From positions 24,851,520 through 24,915,519 of the forward strand of contig OZ316893.1 in assembly GCA_973895155.1 (NCBI GenBank): a DNA stretch of 64,000 nt, given 5' to 3'. The position numbers were made by a program, and so were the translations under genes. Shown here in pieces: positions 1-14,417 of the stretch; within the stretch, counting starts at the first letter, position 1, and each line of letters begins with the position of its first letter. The notes under the pieces were generated by a model, which saw nothing but the letters and a program-made list of their open reading frames with translations, had not been told where the DNA came from and made no database searches. The DNA comes from Marsupella aquatica. Its lineage: Eukaryota > Plantae > Marchantiophyta.

Positions 1-832
1 GTTACGTCCTCTACTCAGACTCCCAGGAATGCTACTATTGAGAAGAAGTATCCCAGGTTTCCCCAGGCTCAAGTACAGAAGTATGTAGACATCTGTAAGG
101 TTATGCATGCCAACAGTTGGAGAATTCTGGAGATACTATTACTTAAAGAAAACTGAGGCGAGCTACATTTTTGACCTGAAGTATCATGGGACTTCTCGAT
201 TGGAAATGGCCCAGTTTGATGAGCACTGGACTGACTCTGTCTACTTCCGACCTATTCTGGCAATGATGTTGCTGCAAGGTGATGTAGAAGTGGAGGATCC
301 TGACCTAGTCCTGGCCTGCTTTGGGAATTTTGTAGCTTATGTTCTGGACTTCGTGCTTACTTTTCTCATGCAGAGTAAAAAATCAACTTCTTGGCAGAAC
401 AACTACATCCCTAAGGAACCTAAGGTTATGCTGGTTTCAACCAGCACATTGGCTGATAAACAGAGAATCTGGGATAATGTCACGACTCACACTCTGGGCA
501 AGTTCAACCGGTACTTTAAGGATGTTTGCTGGAGACTTCGACCTTTCTACTCGAAGATGATGAGAACTGAGGATTTCATGGCCTATTATCCCTAGGTTCA
601 TGCTGCTTCCTGCAATCACTATGATGTGATTGGAATTTATAGGGAGGCACTCCGAATAGACTCTTGTTATTTGATGAGGAGAATGCATGTGATGTATCCA
701 GATAGGCAACTGAGATGTTTGCCCTATTCTCGAGGTTCACCACGATAGGCTGAGCTCATGGAGGTTGTCCAATCAGGCACTGTTGATTTTGTGGAGCTTC
801 TCGAAATCAACGACATTCGACACCGAGACTAA
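1..832 (+). pseudogene. Degenerate ORF of unknown family, probably transposon-encoded; runs off the left edge
   Basis: Frame 1 is open from base 1 to ~156. The frame of ORF 107..595 continues past two TAG codons (likely CAG>TAG) to TAA at 830-832. No introns; followed by an AT-rich non-coding tract. Confidence 0.45.
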
Positions 833-2100
833 GGCAGAAGTCCTAAGTGTTTTTAGTTAGTTTAGAGTAGTGCATCTTGTCCGATTTTTAGAAATGTGCT
901 CTAGAGCTTTAAAGGTCATGAAACCTTTTTAGGATGTAGTCTGTACTTAGGAAAGCCTTCTGGCAAAATTTGAGGCTTTTCCGAGCTACGAGTAGGAAGT
1001 TAAAAATAGTTGAATTTGCCAAGTTTTTACTTAGGTTGGAATTACGAGTTACGACTTAGTTAGACTTTTACGAGTTTAAGAGTTTACTAGTTCACAGCTT
1101 TTACTAGTTTACGAGTTTATACTTAGCCAGATGTCCGGCTTTTCACTTACTGAATCGTCATTTTAACTTTTTGAGAGTTATGAAGAGGCATGTCTCTTCG
1201 ACCCTGTGACCTCTCACTCGGTAGATTTTTACTATAAGATAGCTCTACCACTAGTGTAGTTGATGGTTAAGTTGTGCATTTTTGCCTCTCCCTCTTGTTA
1301 AGTCTATTGATTCTGAACCTATGAGTTTCAAATCAGGCTTAATAACAGGAGAGACTTACCTCCTTCTTGTGTTTCTACACTTATCATAAACATAGGAAGT
1401 AAAATTGCATTTGTAAGAAATCTTTGGATCTTGTGATGACAGATTCCTCCTTCGTGACTCATTACAAATTCCTAATTTCTTAAAGTTAACTCATTGAGTT
1501 TATGTCTTAATGAATTTGATGGATTTTCTTTCATGATACTTAGTACCATCTAAATGTTGAAGTAACTACCTTTTAGATTTTATCTGAGTACCACTTAGAA
1601 AGAAAGGATAAGACATGTTGACGGCATTTTAAAAGGTACTCTAGTAAGCAGTTTAGATCTGAAAAGCAAACGTGGATTTGAATCCTAAATCTATTCATTT
1701 TGACTTATGATTAAGGAGTGACCTTGGTCTATTCAAGACTCCCTTAGCATACTTTAAGATATTTTTCCCTATGTTTTGTTAATCATTCCCTTTTCATTAA
1801 TTTAAGGATTATACAATGTTGAGTTACCATTAAAAACTACTCATCACTGTGGAGCGATCTTCAAAATACCTTAGTTAAGTAATCAATCCTGATTACTATG
1901 TGTTAGAGAGAGTCTTTAAACTCTCATTTGTGTTTTTATGTATCAAATCAACCCCATCTTGTTCTTTACGGGAACGAATACCGAGTTTGAAGACCTTTAA
2001 GTGTGTTTTTGGTTCTTCATAGCAAACTACAAACTCTATTCATGTTCAAAGAACAGGTAGTCGGGCTAGTTATATCCTATTTTTTGTGAAAGAGCATCCT
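833..2100. mobile_element. Possible LTR or 3' non-coding region of a retroelement
   Basis: AT-rich, short TTACGAGT-like reiterations at ~1040-1120, directly after the decayed ORF. No second LTR, PBS or TSD visible. Confidence 0.2.
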
Positions 2101-5100
2101 AGGGTGTTTGGGACTTCCTAGTTTAGGGCTTGGTTGGATATTCCACTTACTAGCTCTGAGTGATTTATTTATGGGCTACAGTATGAGCTATCCGAGAACA
2201 ATTTCAACCAGTTGATGACAGTTGGGTGGGCAGCTGGGAATGTGTTCATTCTAGATACGAGCTCACCCACCTAAACATTAGGCTACAAAGGGCATCAGCA
2301 ACAATAGCAAAGCTGGTTATTAGATTTTTACTTTAAGTAAGAGCCCAAAATGGGCTAAGAGCATCCCCACAGATGCACTATAAACAACTTGGTATTGGCC
2401 TCAATGGCAAGGCAAGTGGCATCCCTGATGTCATATTCACTTGTCTTTGATGGAGAGTGGCCAAAACAGATCCCAACCCAATTTGTACTCCCTATGGATC
2501 ATCTATAAGATCTCTGGCGTCATGGCCATCCAGGTGTCTTGAGATTGGACTATGGTTGCTGACCATATCATTTAGTGAAAGTGGGCGGCAATACAATTGC
2601 ATGTCCCAAGAGTTCAAATTTAAAGACAACTTCTAACAGACCAGGTGCCAGTCGGGATTAAAAAATGAGAGTAGCAGCATCTGCTCTAAGCAAGACCCAC
2701 TGAAACAAAGTCCAGCCATTGTAGGGGATGGTGAGTTCTTCAATGAGCAGCAGCTTTTGTCAGAAGGAGAAGGAAAAATCCTTTAAAAACTTTATTGACA
2801 CCCTAAAACTTAAGTCAATAAATTTTTTTTGAGGAATTTTTTTACCCCTAACTTAATGGAATATTCTTGAAATATTCTCAAATTTGGTTTTAAAAAACCC
2901 TATGATTTTTATAATTCTCAAAACATACTGGAATAAAACAACCCTAATGTTCTTCAACAAAAATTTAAAAGTGTTTCACTAAACCCAATAAAAAACCCTA
3001 TACTTATTTGCGCATGATGGGTTCTCGGATGGGTTGGAAGAAGTGAGGACCCCGGGAGTGAGAGCAGCTTCTCTCAATGCAAGCCAGCCAGAGAGAGAAT
3101 GCGTAAGCTCCTGGGATGAAAGAAACAAGTTCCAAGTGATGACACCAGCTAGTCTCTATAAGTGTAATCCCTAAAATCAAGCAACTCTTGTTTGAGTTTC
3201 TCTGCAAGTGAATTGATGTTTTGCCTGAAACTGAAGCAGTGCATGCACTAAAGCCAAGAATCAAGCTCCAGGTCTTGCAACCCCTTCAACTAAGCTCGTC
3301 ATTCTTGAATGGTCCAACAAACAATCTCATCTATGTTCTCCTGTGCTTGGGTATCAGTATCATGCAAGCAAGCAGGAATTTCCTGGCTTGCACTTTTCTC
3401 TTCACTTATGAGGGAATTAATTTCTTGCACGCACTACCTTATTATTTTTCATACTTGGACAAAAAAACCAAAACATCCATCACTTTCCTAGCAATTTAGT
3501 CCCTTGCCAGCCAAAACTTGGTTTCAGGTACCTTCCTTGCTATCAAACAACCCAATTTTTGGACTCTTCTTTGCCTAGCAAACTTGCTGACCATCTCCAG
3601 CTCAATCTTGAGCCTTACAAATGCAGTAGAAATCCAACTCCCGGGGTCCTCACTTATTTTCTTCAGACCCATCACATGCAAGGACATTAGGATTTTTATT
3701 GGGTCTAGCAAAAAAATAATATTTTTTGTGGCAGAACATGGGGGGCTTTTTAATTCAAGTTTGAGGATTTTAGTTAACAAAGTGTATACCAAAAATTTAC
3801 ACCAAAAATTGGGGTAAAAGATTTTTTATGATGTTTTAGGGTGATTATTACCCAAAAACTTAGTGCATCATATGGGAACCAAAGTTGGATGCTAGTGACC
3901 TCGCTGTTGAAGAGGTCTTAACGAGAATCCAAAAATTCATCCTGTTGTAACTTGCTAGCAATACCCTTCCTTCCTGGCAAAACTCTTGTTTGCCCGCATC
4001 TTACAGACCTCCATTATTTGTCACCAAACTTGACTCCCTCGCAAAGGCTCACATTTTCCTATCCTCTCTCTTGCAAGCAATAGTTGATTGCAACCCCTGC
4101 ATAGACTAGAATGTGCTTACCCTAAACTAACCCCTGCATAGACTGCCCTCTTGCAAGCCACCCTTACTCTTCTTATTGTGACAAAGCTGCCTGGACCTTA
4201 TCCCTTGGTCCTAGTAAGTAAGTTTTGTTGGAAATCCTTGTGTTAAGGGTGGCTTTATGGGTGGATTGACAAGAGACGTTTTGAGCCGTAAAAGGACTTA
4301 GACAACTTGTCTCAACCACAGCTGGGCAGTTTCTCATTCTGGAAATAGAGTGGAGTAAAACTTGGATACATCTATGGAGTTCTGACAATTCTGGTAGGGC
4401 AAAGACTTTCATCTAGCATGTTCTAGTAGGAAGCCTACAAATTACAGGATGCAGGGCCTCTCAGATTGGAGCGGGTGATAGGGATTGTAAACCTGATTGT
4501 AAGCTTTAAAGAGGAGTGACAAAAACTGAGATATTTGTTTTTTGAATGTGCTTGTGTTTGGATATGTTGAGATAAATGCTTTCATGACTTGCGCATCCTG
4601 GGGAGATTGTTTGGCTCCTGAACTCCGTAGATGGGAAGGATCTCATCCCCTCTGCAAGGTTTTGTGTGCTTCTTGAAATGCTTTGAATGTTGTGACTTGG
4701 CTGGGGAGTAGTAGGATTTTTGATTTGAGTCTTTTCTTGTCCGAGGTTTAACACCACTTTTTGGCGGTAAGTCTGCTTATACAGAGCGTACAGGCTGGTG
4801 AAGGCTAAGGAGTGGATTGCAGGACAAAGGCATTTTTGTAACAATTCTCCATGTGTGTCTGGCTGAGATTCTCAGATGCTCAGCTTTTTGTTCTGCTCTA
4901 TCTTCCACCTGGACTGGTTTCTTAGGTGGCGATTTCTTTGATGAAACCTCATCCTTTAGGGGGTTTACTTCAAGTTCGAGTATGCTTAGTTTGCTTGTAT
5001 CATAGGTGATGGTCTCTTAGGGTCTCTTTGCTACTCTGTTGCATGGCTGTTACTGCCTTGGATGGACGGTTTGGCGCAAGAGGCTTTAGGAGTGGTGTCC

Positions 5101-7894
5101 CTGTTTTGGTTTCTACTGTGACTGACTCCTTGGGAGTTGTGCCTTCTATGTTTCTGCCCTTTGTGGCTGTTTGAATTGCTTCCCCCCATCTGTGGGCCCT
5201 TCATGGAAATCAATAAATATATAACTAAAAACTTCTCAAGAGGCTTTACGAGATGTTTGGCCCATTGTTTCTAAGTTTCATTCCATTCAAGTGGACCCTA
5301 CAATGAGTGAAAACTGCTGCAACTGACTTTACAAGAGCTCACAATGGGGCCAAGTAAAGGCAAACATGAAAATATTTGTCTTATCAAGAGTTTTAGACCA
5401 AGTTGAGAGGTGGTCCAGACATTTATAAACTTTAGCTTCTTCATTGAGCCTTCATTGAAGTTCAATTCTTTGGTCTGGAGTTTTTTTAGAGCAAGAGGTG
5501 GCCCTCCAGTTTAATTATTTTGGTGAGCAAAAACAAGTCCCCCTAGCTACATCTTGTAATGCCCCCTAAGAAATGGGAGTTTATTTGGGGTCTCACTAAG
5601 TAAATGTCTCGCTGGTTGATCCTTCAAATAATTATCAGAAGAAACACAATCAGAAATGGGGGATGCCCACAGAAGTCAACGTGATAACCACAAGGTGACA
5701 AAAGACCAATTTCTTGAAGTTGAGGGTTGTTCTGAGTATAAATTGAAAATAACTGATTTTTGGTCAGAAGTGTGAAATTCCGGTGAATTGACTCGACTCA
5801 ATATAGATTCACCATTTAGCTCTCAAATAGGTGAATCAATAGTGATGTTTTCCCTTCAAGATTAATCAGGAAAGTAAAAAAGAACCCCCCCCCCAGCATG
5901 GCACTATGCATTGTCAAGAATGCTTGGATGGGCTTTTAGAACCCAAACTGAATTTCACTTATCATTGGATTGTGCTCCATTAGTACTTTTGGCAGTTTTT
6001 CCAGTGTAAAATTTCTGTACACTAGTTATGCACTACATCTTTGTGCGATTGGCATCCCGATAATTTGCACAGCAAAATCCAGCAGTCAAACATGTAGAAG
6101 GAAAAACAATCACTGATATGATGAACAAATTGGGTTTCTCTTGGTTTGGAAAGTCAGTCCAACCTGTGGACACATGACACATGCCAGGTGACACACTCGG
6201 GGGGTTGACTATCAAAATCTTAGGAATTACGTGCAATCCAAAATAAGTATTTTTGATAGAAATTAATAAAAAAAATTAAAGTGTAGGAGGCAAAAGAAGT
6301 TATTATAAACTCATGTTTATAGAATATTCTCTAATATATAACTTTTATAAAGTAAAATAGGTTATTAATATTGAAAATGGATAATATTTTTGAAATATTT
6401 TCTTTATAAAATAGGTCTATTTATATTAGGCTAAGATCGCACATGGTATCCCAAAATATACACTTAGTTAACCCCCTAGGTGACACACTACACCATATGC
6501 TGAATGATGTGTTGTAATGTGCATTTACCAGAAAGGGCGTGATTGCATCTAGGTTGTGTTGAACAGCCTTAGAGCATCTCCATTGGCAGACTGAATTAAG
6601 CCTGCAAAATAAAATTATATTGTGAGTTGCTCAGCCCCCACCAGTGTCCTTCTATGCATGCCCTTCACACACATATCTAACTACATTATGGCAATCAAAA
6701 GCTACTGTTCAGCGTCTAAGACTGCCGGTAATCACACACCAAAATGTGGTAATATACGTTGTGTACTCATTGATTGAAAGAAAATAGCAAGGTTTATCAT
6801 GGTATGGAATGATGTCATGCACTATATATGTCATATTTTGATGTGCATTTATTGGGACCCTCTAAGGTCTACAGTGAAGCCTCTAGATTGTGACTAGGGG
6901 GACATAATTGAAATTGGGATGCCCCAGTGGGAAATGTGGATTGGGGGGGGGGGGGTCTCTCAAAATGGCACAACTCTTGAAGGTCCTTACCTCTATTATT
7001 TTCAATAGTCGTTGTTGTTGAAGCGTTTTTTACTTGCAACTTAAACTGCAAGTGAAACTAACATGATTTTGTAAACCAAAGGTAATGAGTGTTACCGTCT
7101 ACCGTGTAAAAATGCAGCGTGTACAAGTGCATTCCATGGATAAGTGCAAGTCAGTCACTTAGTCCCATCATATTAATTTCCTTCATAAATGAGATATCTC
7201 TGCAGTTTGCATAAGTGCAGGTCTTATTAAACAACACATACACAGTAAGCAATTATTGATAAGTGAAACAGAAAATTACATAAAGTCGTTTCATGCACTT
7301 ATCCAGGTGAATGATGCAATATGCAGGATCAAGGTTAGAAGGAGTCTGATGTGTGTGCCCTGACAACACATATGAAGGGGTGCATGTGTGTGACCTGAGA
7401 GCACATGTGAGGAAGTGAATACACTGTTTCCCGTGACATAGTGCTTACTATGGATAAGTGCAGGTTTGGGGCGTCTTCCCAGAAGCCGGCACTTAGCCCA
7501 TGTAGACTTTACTTTTTGACTTGAAGTCAAGATCACTACAACACTATTTCAATGTATTACTAAGTCTTACATACGAGTTGAAGCTATGAACAGAGTAGGC
7601 TTTTCGGTCAAAGTGGTGGTCTACTTAGCTTCCACTTTATGAAGTAAGTGGACGAGAGACATTTTTAAATCGAAAACAAGCCTTTCATTGCCAGCCAAGC
7701 AGTACAGAAAGGGCACGCAAAGCGAGGAGGAAGAGGTCTCCATAACCAACAGAGAAGAGTTTCATATGTCCTTCCCAACTCAGAAACCAACTGAATATTT
7801 AAAGCCAAACTGAAAAGGTCAAGGGACTGCCACACAGGCTATGTTGACCACACACGTCTAGACTTTGAAAAGAACAGTGCTATAATATATATTT

Positions 7895-8020
7895 TGTACC
7901 CCCAAAGCATGTGAGAATGACGAGAGATATGCTACATGGACCAACTTTGAAATCTCTAGTGTATAATATAGTGTACCCCAAAACATGTGAGAATGACGAG
8001 AGATATACCTTATGGACCCT
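7895..8020. repeat. Local direct duplication (~79 bp period)
   Basis: TGTACCCC-AAA-CATGTGAGAATGACGAGAGATAT occurs twice. Confidence 0.8.
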
Positions 8021-8069
8021 ATTAAGATATCCATGAACATCCTAATTAGTGAATCTTTTGAGACAGGAA

Positions 8070-8500
8070 ACTCACTGGCAAAAAGACCCAATAAAGGGAG
8101 GAAAAATGGAGAGACCCCAAGAAGACCAAAGAGTCCCAATAAAGCAAGGAGTCCACCACAACTACAAAAAGTCCACTAAGAAGCAAAGAACTAAAACCCT
8201 ACTGGGTGGAAACCAAAAACCTAGCATAGCTCTAGAATAAACTGCATAGGAAGGAAACTGCATGTGAAGGTCACCAAAGGGAATCTATCTAAAGGCCCTA
8301 AATCAACTCCTCAGCAGGAAAAACATACGAGTGTAACAAAGGGAGAACCAAACCAAATAGAAAAGACCCTGCAGAATTGCCAGAACCATATACGTAAGAC
8401 AGAAAAAGCAAACCACCACTATTGCAGAAAGGACTTGCACAACACCCTAGGCCACCCATACCAGAAAGAATCGTACAGAGTAAAGTGTGAGATATAACAA
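8070..8500. mobile_element. Dispersed repeat family B, possibly a LINE 3' fragment
   Basis: Shares GGCAAA..ACCCAAT..AGGGAGGAAAA and TAAA(C/T)TGCATAGGAAGG blocks with 50890-51330; also related to 38715-39040 and (inverted) 41420-41575. Confidence 0.55.
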
Positions 8501-8860
8501 GGGTTTTCCAATTAGTAACTCTTTTTTCTCTTTTTCTTAGTCCTTTTTTAGATCTAACACTTGTTTTCTTTCCTGGTTAGGTGTTTGTTCCCTTTGGAAC
8601 TCTTTTTCTTTACTTTCATTGTACTTTGTTTTTCACTGATTTATAAATTTTGCTGGAAGATTCCCTTTTGGAGGGAAACTCCGCTTGCCCTCCTATTTGT
8701 TGCTAATGATTTGAAAACAGAGCATTATTTGGTTACGTACTTACGTTGTTTTTCAATGCAAACCTTTAATAAAGGAAACTCCCGGTGTTGACTCCCCTTA
8801 TTTCGCTGACAGTTGAAGATTTAAAGCCAGCTAAAAGTGGAAGACTATATAGTCAACCTC

Positions 8861-8862
<2 letters not shown>

Positions 8863-8896
<34 letters not shown>
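8863..8896. repeat. (CT)n microsatellite
   Basis: Perfect CT run. Confidence 0.95.
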
Positions 8897-8898
<2 letters not shown>

Positions 8899-10385
8899 GG
8901 CCTCCTGGAGTCCTGGGCTTGCAAAGTGACATGATACTTTCCTTCCACGTGGGACTTACCTTGAGGTGAGACTTGTTAAAGTAAGATTTCTGTTAACGCA
9001 ACCATCATTGTGGAGGGATATTTTCAGTCCTTCAGCCAAGCCACGCTTCACTAGACGTGGACATACCTTTGGGGTGCAAGTGGGATGTCCAAATGGGGAA
9101 AATTAAAAAGAGCGTGTCTGTACAGAAGGAGAATGCAAGTAAAATGGGGCTGAATCTGTCGCTTAATAGGGGAAAGGGTAAGCGGATCAATAAGACTCAT
9201 CAGTTTTGTTCTTTTTCTTTCAAAAGGGAACATTTTTTGTTATTGATTGGGATGAAAGAGGGAAAGGAAAACCCGCCCAAGGCAAAAAGCAATGCAAGTA
9301 GCTGTCTATTTTAAACCACAACTGCCCATGTATAATGTGAATGGTCCAAGATTTCTCCCTTTTTCCATATTGCACTCACTCCTTTCTCTAGTTACCAGTC
9401 TGCTCCATGATTTTGGGAAAATTTTACCATTAGCAGTAAAATTTGGATCCTACTGTTACCCTTACCTCTTGAAGGGACAACTGTGGTTGAAGTGCGTAGT
9501 TTTTTTGGGGGGGGAGGGGCCAGCCCCATCAATTAACAGCGGGAGAAAAATACACCAGGTCAAACAAAAGGGGCACAGAGAAATGGAGAGGAGGATGCCC
9601 CTAAGTCCCTCTCTCCCACAGCCAACTGCCACAAGGAGTGACGCAGCACCAAAAAGTGCAAGAAGGCACTCGAAAGTCCTGTCTAGTACTGTCTGGGTTC
9701 GCATTAAGAGCAAACCACCACATGGCAAAACGGGTCAAAACTCTCCAGGGCACTATGGACTTTGAAACTTACCTCACCATGTGTCTATTTGTATAATAAA
9801 AGAGGGCTGTCGTGGAAGCTACGCACAACTAGGATTTGTCAACCTTGGTTGGGATCCAAACCTACACTAGTGTTTTGATTGGGAGCAGTGTGACAAGAGA
9901 GAAATAGAGGCAATGAATTAGAGACAAGTTGGGGAAACTTTTGCAGCAATGGAATACAGCTTTAGTGCCCGCTTTAGTGTCACAGATCATGATTGGAGGG
10001 CTCAAGATTTTGGATTGTAATGGACACTTGGGAGAACTTTTTCGATAGAAGGGTATGGGTTTACCCCTCTCAAATCATCATTGGTTGGCTCAAGGATTTG
10101 GATCGTATTGAAACTTGGAAACAGGAATTAGTGGCTTGAGTGTGTATGGGCCGACTAGGTCCATGCCAATAGCATGGGCTCGAGCTAGAAGTTGTCTATG
10201 CAATTCTACAATTTTCACATCATCCACCTGGAATGACAGTGGACTGAACTACTGTAGTGTTTGACAAAGAACTACGTTAAACAACTACTGTAGGTCATGG
10301 CCCATCCTCAGATGTGTATCATCACATCCTATAAATTTATCTGGGCTATGTAATCACCACTTAAAAGCGATTCTCAGGCTTATTG

Positions 10386-12640
10386 TCTAGAGTGAAGCCT
10401 CTAGACAGTAACTCTACTGCATAAGTGAAAGTGGGGCTGCAAAGCAGGAAAACAAGAATTGGGGGCAACCCATTAATGGACTCAGATAATAAAGAATCTT
10501 TTGTTTGCAAAGTCTAGGATAAGGTCCTACAGTCTAGAGTGAGGCCTCCAGACCATAACTTGGGCATTCCGGAGTTAAGGGGCATTGATAGTACTCGCCA
10601 TCCATTCACCAAATTAGCAGTTAGCTTAAGTTAAGTGAATACCGAGCAGCTAACTTAAACTAAAACTGGTGTACAAGTTGTTTTGGTGTATTGAGTTGGG
10701 TTCCTGAATTGATTCAAGATGGTGGGATACTTCTTGAGCATCAACTTTGGACTGTTTAAAAATTTTATTTTGGGTTATAATAAAACACAAATGAATATTT
10801 TTATGAGTTATTTGCTTGGTGGGACCCCAGTGAACCTACAATTATAAATCTCATGATTGGGTCTTTTGCCTGAGGGATCATGTCTCCCGATTGGGCGCCA
10901 TTTGTTTTTTGGAAGTTTGAAATAAAAAGTCATGAGACCTTGCTGAAAAACTAAGCAGAGAGCCCCACCTTGAGGGCTTGGTTAGGTGTGGGGAAGGACA
11001 CCCAGGCCCAATTGAGCGTGAAGCTTGTCAACTTGGGGGATGAAGTGGGGGCTTCCAGTCAATGCACAATAGAGTATCAGGTCAGTTGAAGAGAAAGAGA
11101 GTTTGGGACAGGCACTATGGGTGAAGAATTTTCATTATTTGCAAGAGGTTGATTAGACACATTTCATTATCAATGTTGACAATAGTGATATGTTGGGATT
11201 GTATGGCAATCTACTTCCACAATAAGCAATGCCACCAGAAATCATTGCCTGGTTTGCTTACAAATTTGAAAGGATGGAACAAAAGTCAGCAGTCAGATGG
11301 TTCAAAGATTTTTGGCACTGTCTCTTGGATCAACTGAAATGGGATGTCTGAGGGGTAGTACTTATTAGTATTTTGGAGGCTTAGGGTACCATGTGGTATT
11401 GCAGAAGTGTTATGATCAGATGTGACATCATGCAGAAGTGTTATTGAGCAGATGTGATGTCACGCGGAAGTGGTTGCGAGTAGAAGCGTTACTGAGCCGA
11501 CGTGGTGTCGTGCGGAAGTGTTATTGAGTAGAAGTGATGTCACCCAGAACTCTTACAGAGCCATCATGATGTCATGACAAAGTGTTATTGAGCAGAAGTG
11601 ATGTCACGCTCAAGTGCTACTTAGCAGTCGTGATGTCAAGCAGAAGTGTTATTGAGTAGATGTGATGTCAATGTAGAGGGGAGGTGAGGCTATTTCAGAC
11701 ATTGGGGCAGGCTGGGCAAGGGTGTTGGGTATGCCAAAAATTCTATTTCTGTTTCCGTCCCCATTTTCCCTCTCCCACAGACTCTTCTTATAATTTCATT
11801 TTCCCTTCCCTTCCCTTCCCTTCCCTCTCTGCTCCCCCAATACACTCCCTCCCACTTCCTCTCCACTCCCCTCCCCTCCCAGCCTGTTTTACACCTCACC
11901 CCACCACCGTCCCCCTTCAACATTTTTTCCCCTGATAGCCCACCTTGTGTCTAGAAAGCTGCATCCTCCCCCAACCTGCACCTTGGGCCTCTCTCCCTCC
12001 CATGCAATTGTCACAAGCCCACCCTACCCTGAGCCAATTAAAAATCCAACACACCCCTCCTGCAGGCTTGCTTGGCCTCAGAAAACGTAAAATAAATTGG
12101 ATGGCAGGAATTCTTTGGCCATACGAGTGCTGTTGTAGAATGTGCATTCATGAGCCTGAATGCACATTCTTTGAATAAAAATAAAATCATGCATGATCAT
12201 CATTTCACATACATCATATCCATGAGTCTTCCATCCACATGGTGGGCCACAGAGTTACAGTTTGGAGGCTTCAGTCTAGAAGCCTATACCCTAATGCTAG
12301 CTTGGGGTTCACGATTTATAAATACTAGCCCCAACTACCCGTTCTTTGAAGGTAAATAGCAGAGAGTACAATAAAAATTATCAAAATATATTTTCTATCC
12401 ATATTCTTTGAAGGTTAATGAAATGATAAAAAAAATTCATCATTTTAATAATCATATATAATATACCCTTCTTCTTTATGTGCACATGAGTATTTTTCAA
12501 TGCACATATGTTGTGGTGGGGCCATAGTGCATATAGAAATTATCAAGGAAAACTGGTATGTACATACATCATGTCATGAGTTTCTCCCATGCACATGATG
12601 GCCATAGAGTTAAGGTCTAGAGTCTTCACTCTAGACCTAG
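10386..12640. mobile_element. Cluster of hairpin-ended non-autonomous elements (family A)
   Basis: Palindromic motif TCTAGAG-N6-CTCTAGA at 10386 and 10533 (one orientation) and 12261 and 12616 (opposite). Further copies at 6868 and 55575. Segment 12324-12640 aligns with 55288-55601. Confidence 0.6.
11401..11670. repeat. Minisatellite, ~32 bp unit, about 8 degenerate copies
   Basis: Consensus GCAGAAGTGTTATTGAGCAGA(A/T)GTGATGTCA, head to tail. Confidence 0.85.
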
Positions 12641-12711
12641 GCTCTTAAAAGTAGACTTGAGTTGGCACTTTAATAGTAAGAAGATTTCCGTAATTAATTG
12701 GAAGAATAGGG

Positions 12712-13115
12712 TAATGTCCTGGTTAGAGGGCATTGTGGGATATAATGCCCATAACTAGGACATTAATGTACGTAAAAACTTGAGTGATTTTAAAGTAACA
12801 AACAAGAAAAAGTGAATCCCTGAAATAGAAAATTCATATTAAAAGGTCATCCAAGAAGTGGTTGCTATGGAATTGGCTAAAAATATACGTTCTTGAGTTA
12901 TATTAGATTCTATTCATAGATATTTTGTTCGTATCACCATATAAGATTTGGTTATCGTCTTGAGATCATGACTAAATTTAATTGTTTTTTGTGTATGGTA
13001 AAACTATATTTAATTTTTACTTTTACTATATTTATGGTGTTTTGTATAATCCCCTCCTCAAAAAAAGGGGTGCATTATGGAGAATTAATGCACTCAAATA
13101 TACAAAGAGAAAAGT
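12712..13115. mobile_element. Dispersed repeat family C (MITE-sized), copy 1
   Basis: Colinear with 29924-30365: TAATGTCCTGGTTAGAGGGCATT...ATAACTAGGACATTAATGTAC...AATTAATGCACTCAAA.ATACAAAGAGAAAA. Confidence 0.7.
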
Positions 13116-14417
13116 CATGAAAGGCTTTACGTATGGGTAATCACGGCAGGAAAGGAAACAATCTCCTGGTCTAATGTGGGCCAAGAAAACCTTAGATCCT
13201 CTCCAACCTCACTGGATTTTGGTGAGTGTAAGATATATACCTTGTCTGAAAATCTCTTCTATGTGCAAATTTGGTAACAAAAAACCCAATCCTTGAAATT
13301 CAATAGCTTTAGAGTGCATGAGTTGGATCGTACTAATTTTGTATAGTCTTTTGGGTTAAGTCAACACCCTGTTACAGTAACCAAATTGGAGATGCCCTTA
13401 GGTAGCCATTACAAGATTTGTGGCTACTTGGGCAGATTTCCCTGCAAATCAAATGTGGAACATCTCCTTCCACAAAAAAACTATAGTCGAGACCAAAGAT
13501 TTAGAGATGCCTTGCAATAAATTCAAATCCCCCCTGAGAAGAAACTGCTGGACTGAGGTAGTCTAATAAAGTTTTTGTAGCTTTTTCTTTTCTTGGACTA
13601 CTTGCCATGTGTTGTAGGATTGGATGACAAAAATGTAGCGGGCTCATCCTAACTGCACACCCCATAAGTACAAACTCTGCCTAGTTGTAAGTAGTTCTTC
13701 CTCTTTTTCCAACCATTTTGCTTCCCCAACTTCTCGTTTTGCAAAATGGTTGGAATTCCACGAACGAAAATATATGAAAGTGCAAAATCATCTACAAAGG
13801 TATATAGATACACCTATGGGTAAGAGCACAAAATCTACTGTGGAACTCTTATGGATAAGTGCATATCATTTTATGAGTTTATGTTGCATGCAAGGCCCTG
13901 GCTTCTTCCCTGGAGTGTGCACTTAGCAGAGTTGACTGTAGACTCTAGACCAACAGGTTTCTTAGATGACGTGCAATAAATGTCGTTCCCTTCAAGGTGA
14001 GAAAAGTCTAGCAGCTTGCATAGAGCATTCTGTGGTCTCAAGTTTCCAAGGATGACAGCCTATTTCACAATGAACATTTTCCTGGCCTATCTGCTATGTA
14101 TTGTGTAGGAGTGGATGACTTCACGTAGAGTCAACTTCAGTCATTTCTTATGAAACTTCCCTTGTCACCTAAGTTGGGAAGGACAAAATAGGTCCTTTCC
14201 CTCCATTTAAAAAAATTTCTTAAGGATATTTTTGGCTGATTTGACTGTCACCCATACTAGTGGGGAAAGTAAAAAAAAGCCCGTTTCCCTCCACTTGTCA
14301 AGGAGATTTTTGACTTATTGAGGGATTCTGCCGACCATATCTGAGCACGGAGAGTGGTCGTTTAATAATAAATGTTTAATAAGAGGTCCTAATTTCACCT
14401 CAGGTGAAATGGAAAGA

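Noticed and set aside
2900-5220. Short ORFs that might be LINE or other TE coding remnants
   Set aside because: Many stops and no RT, endonuclease or transposase motif I can identify.
11401-11670. CRISPR-like appearance of ~32 bp repeats (also 29310-29560 and 36100-36620)
   Set aside because: Units are head to tail without unique spacers, there are no cas genes, and the context is eukaryotic.
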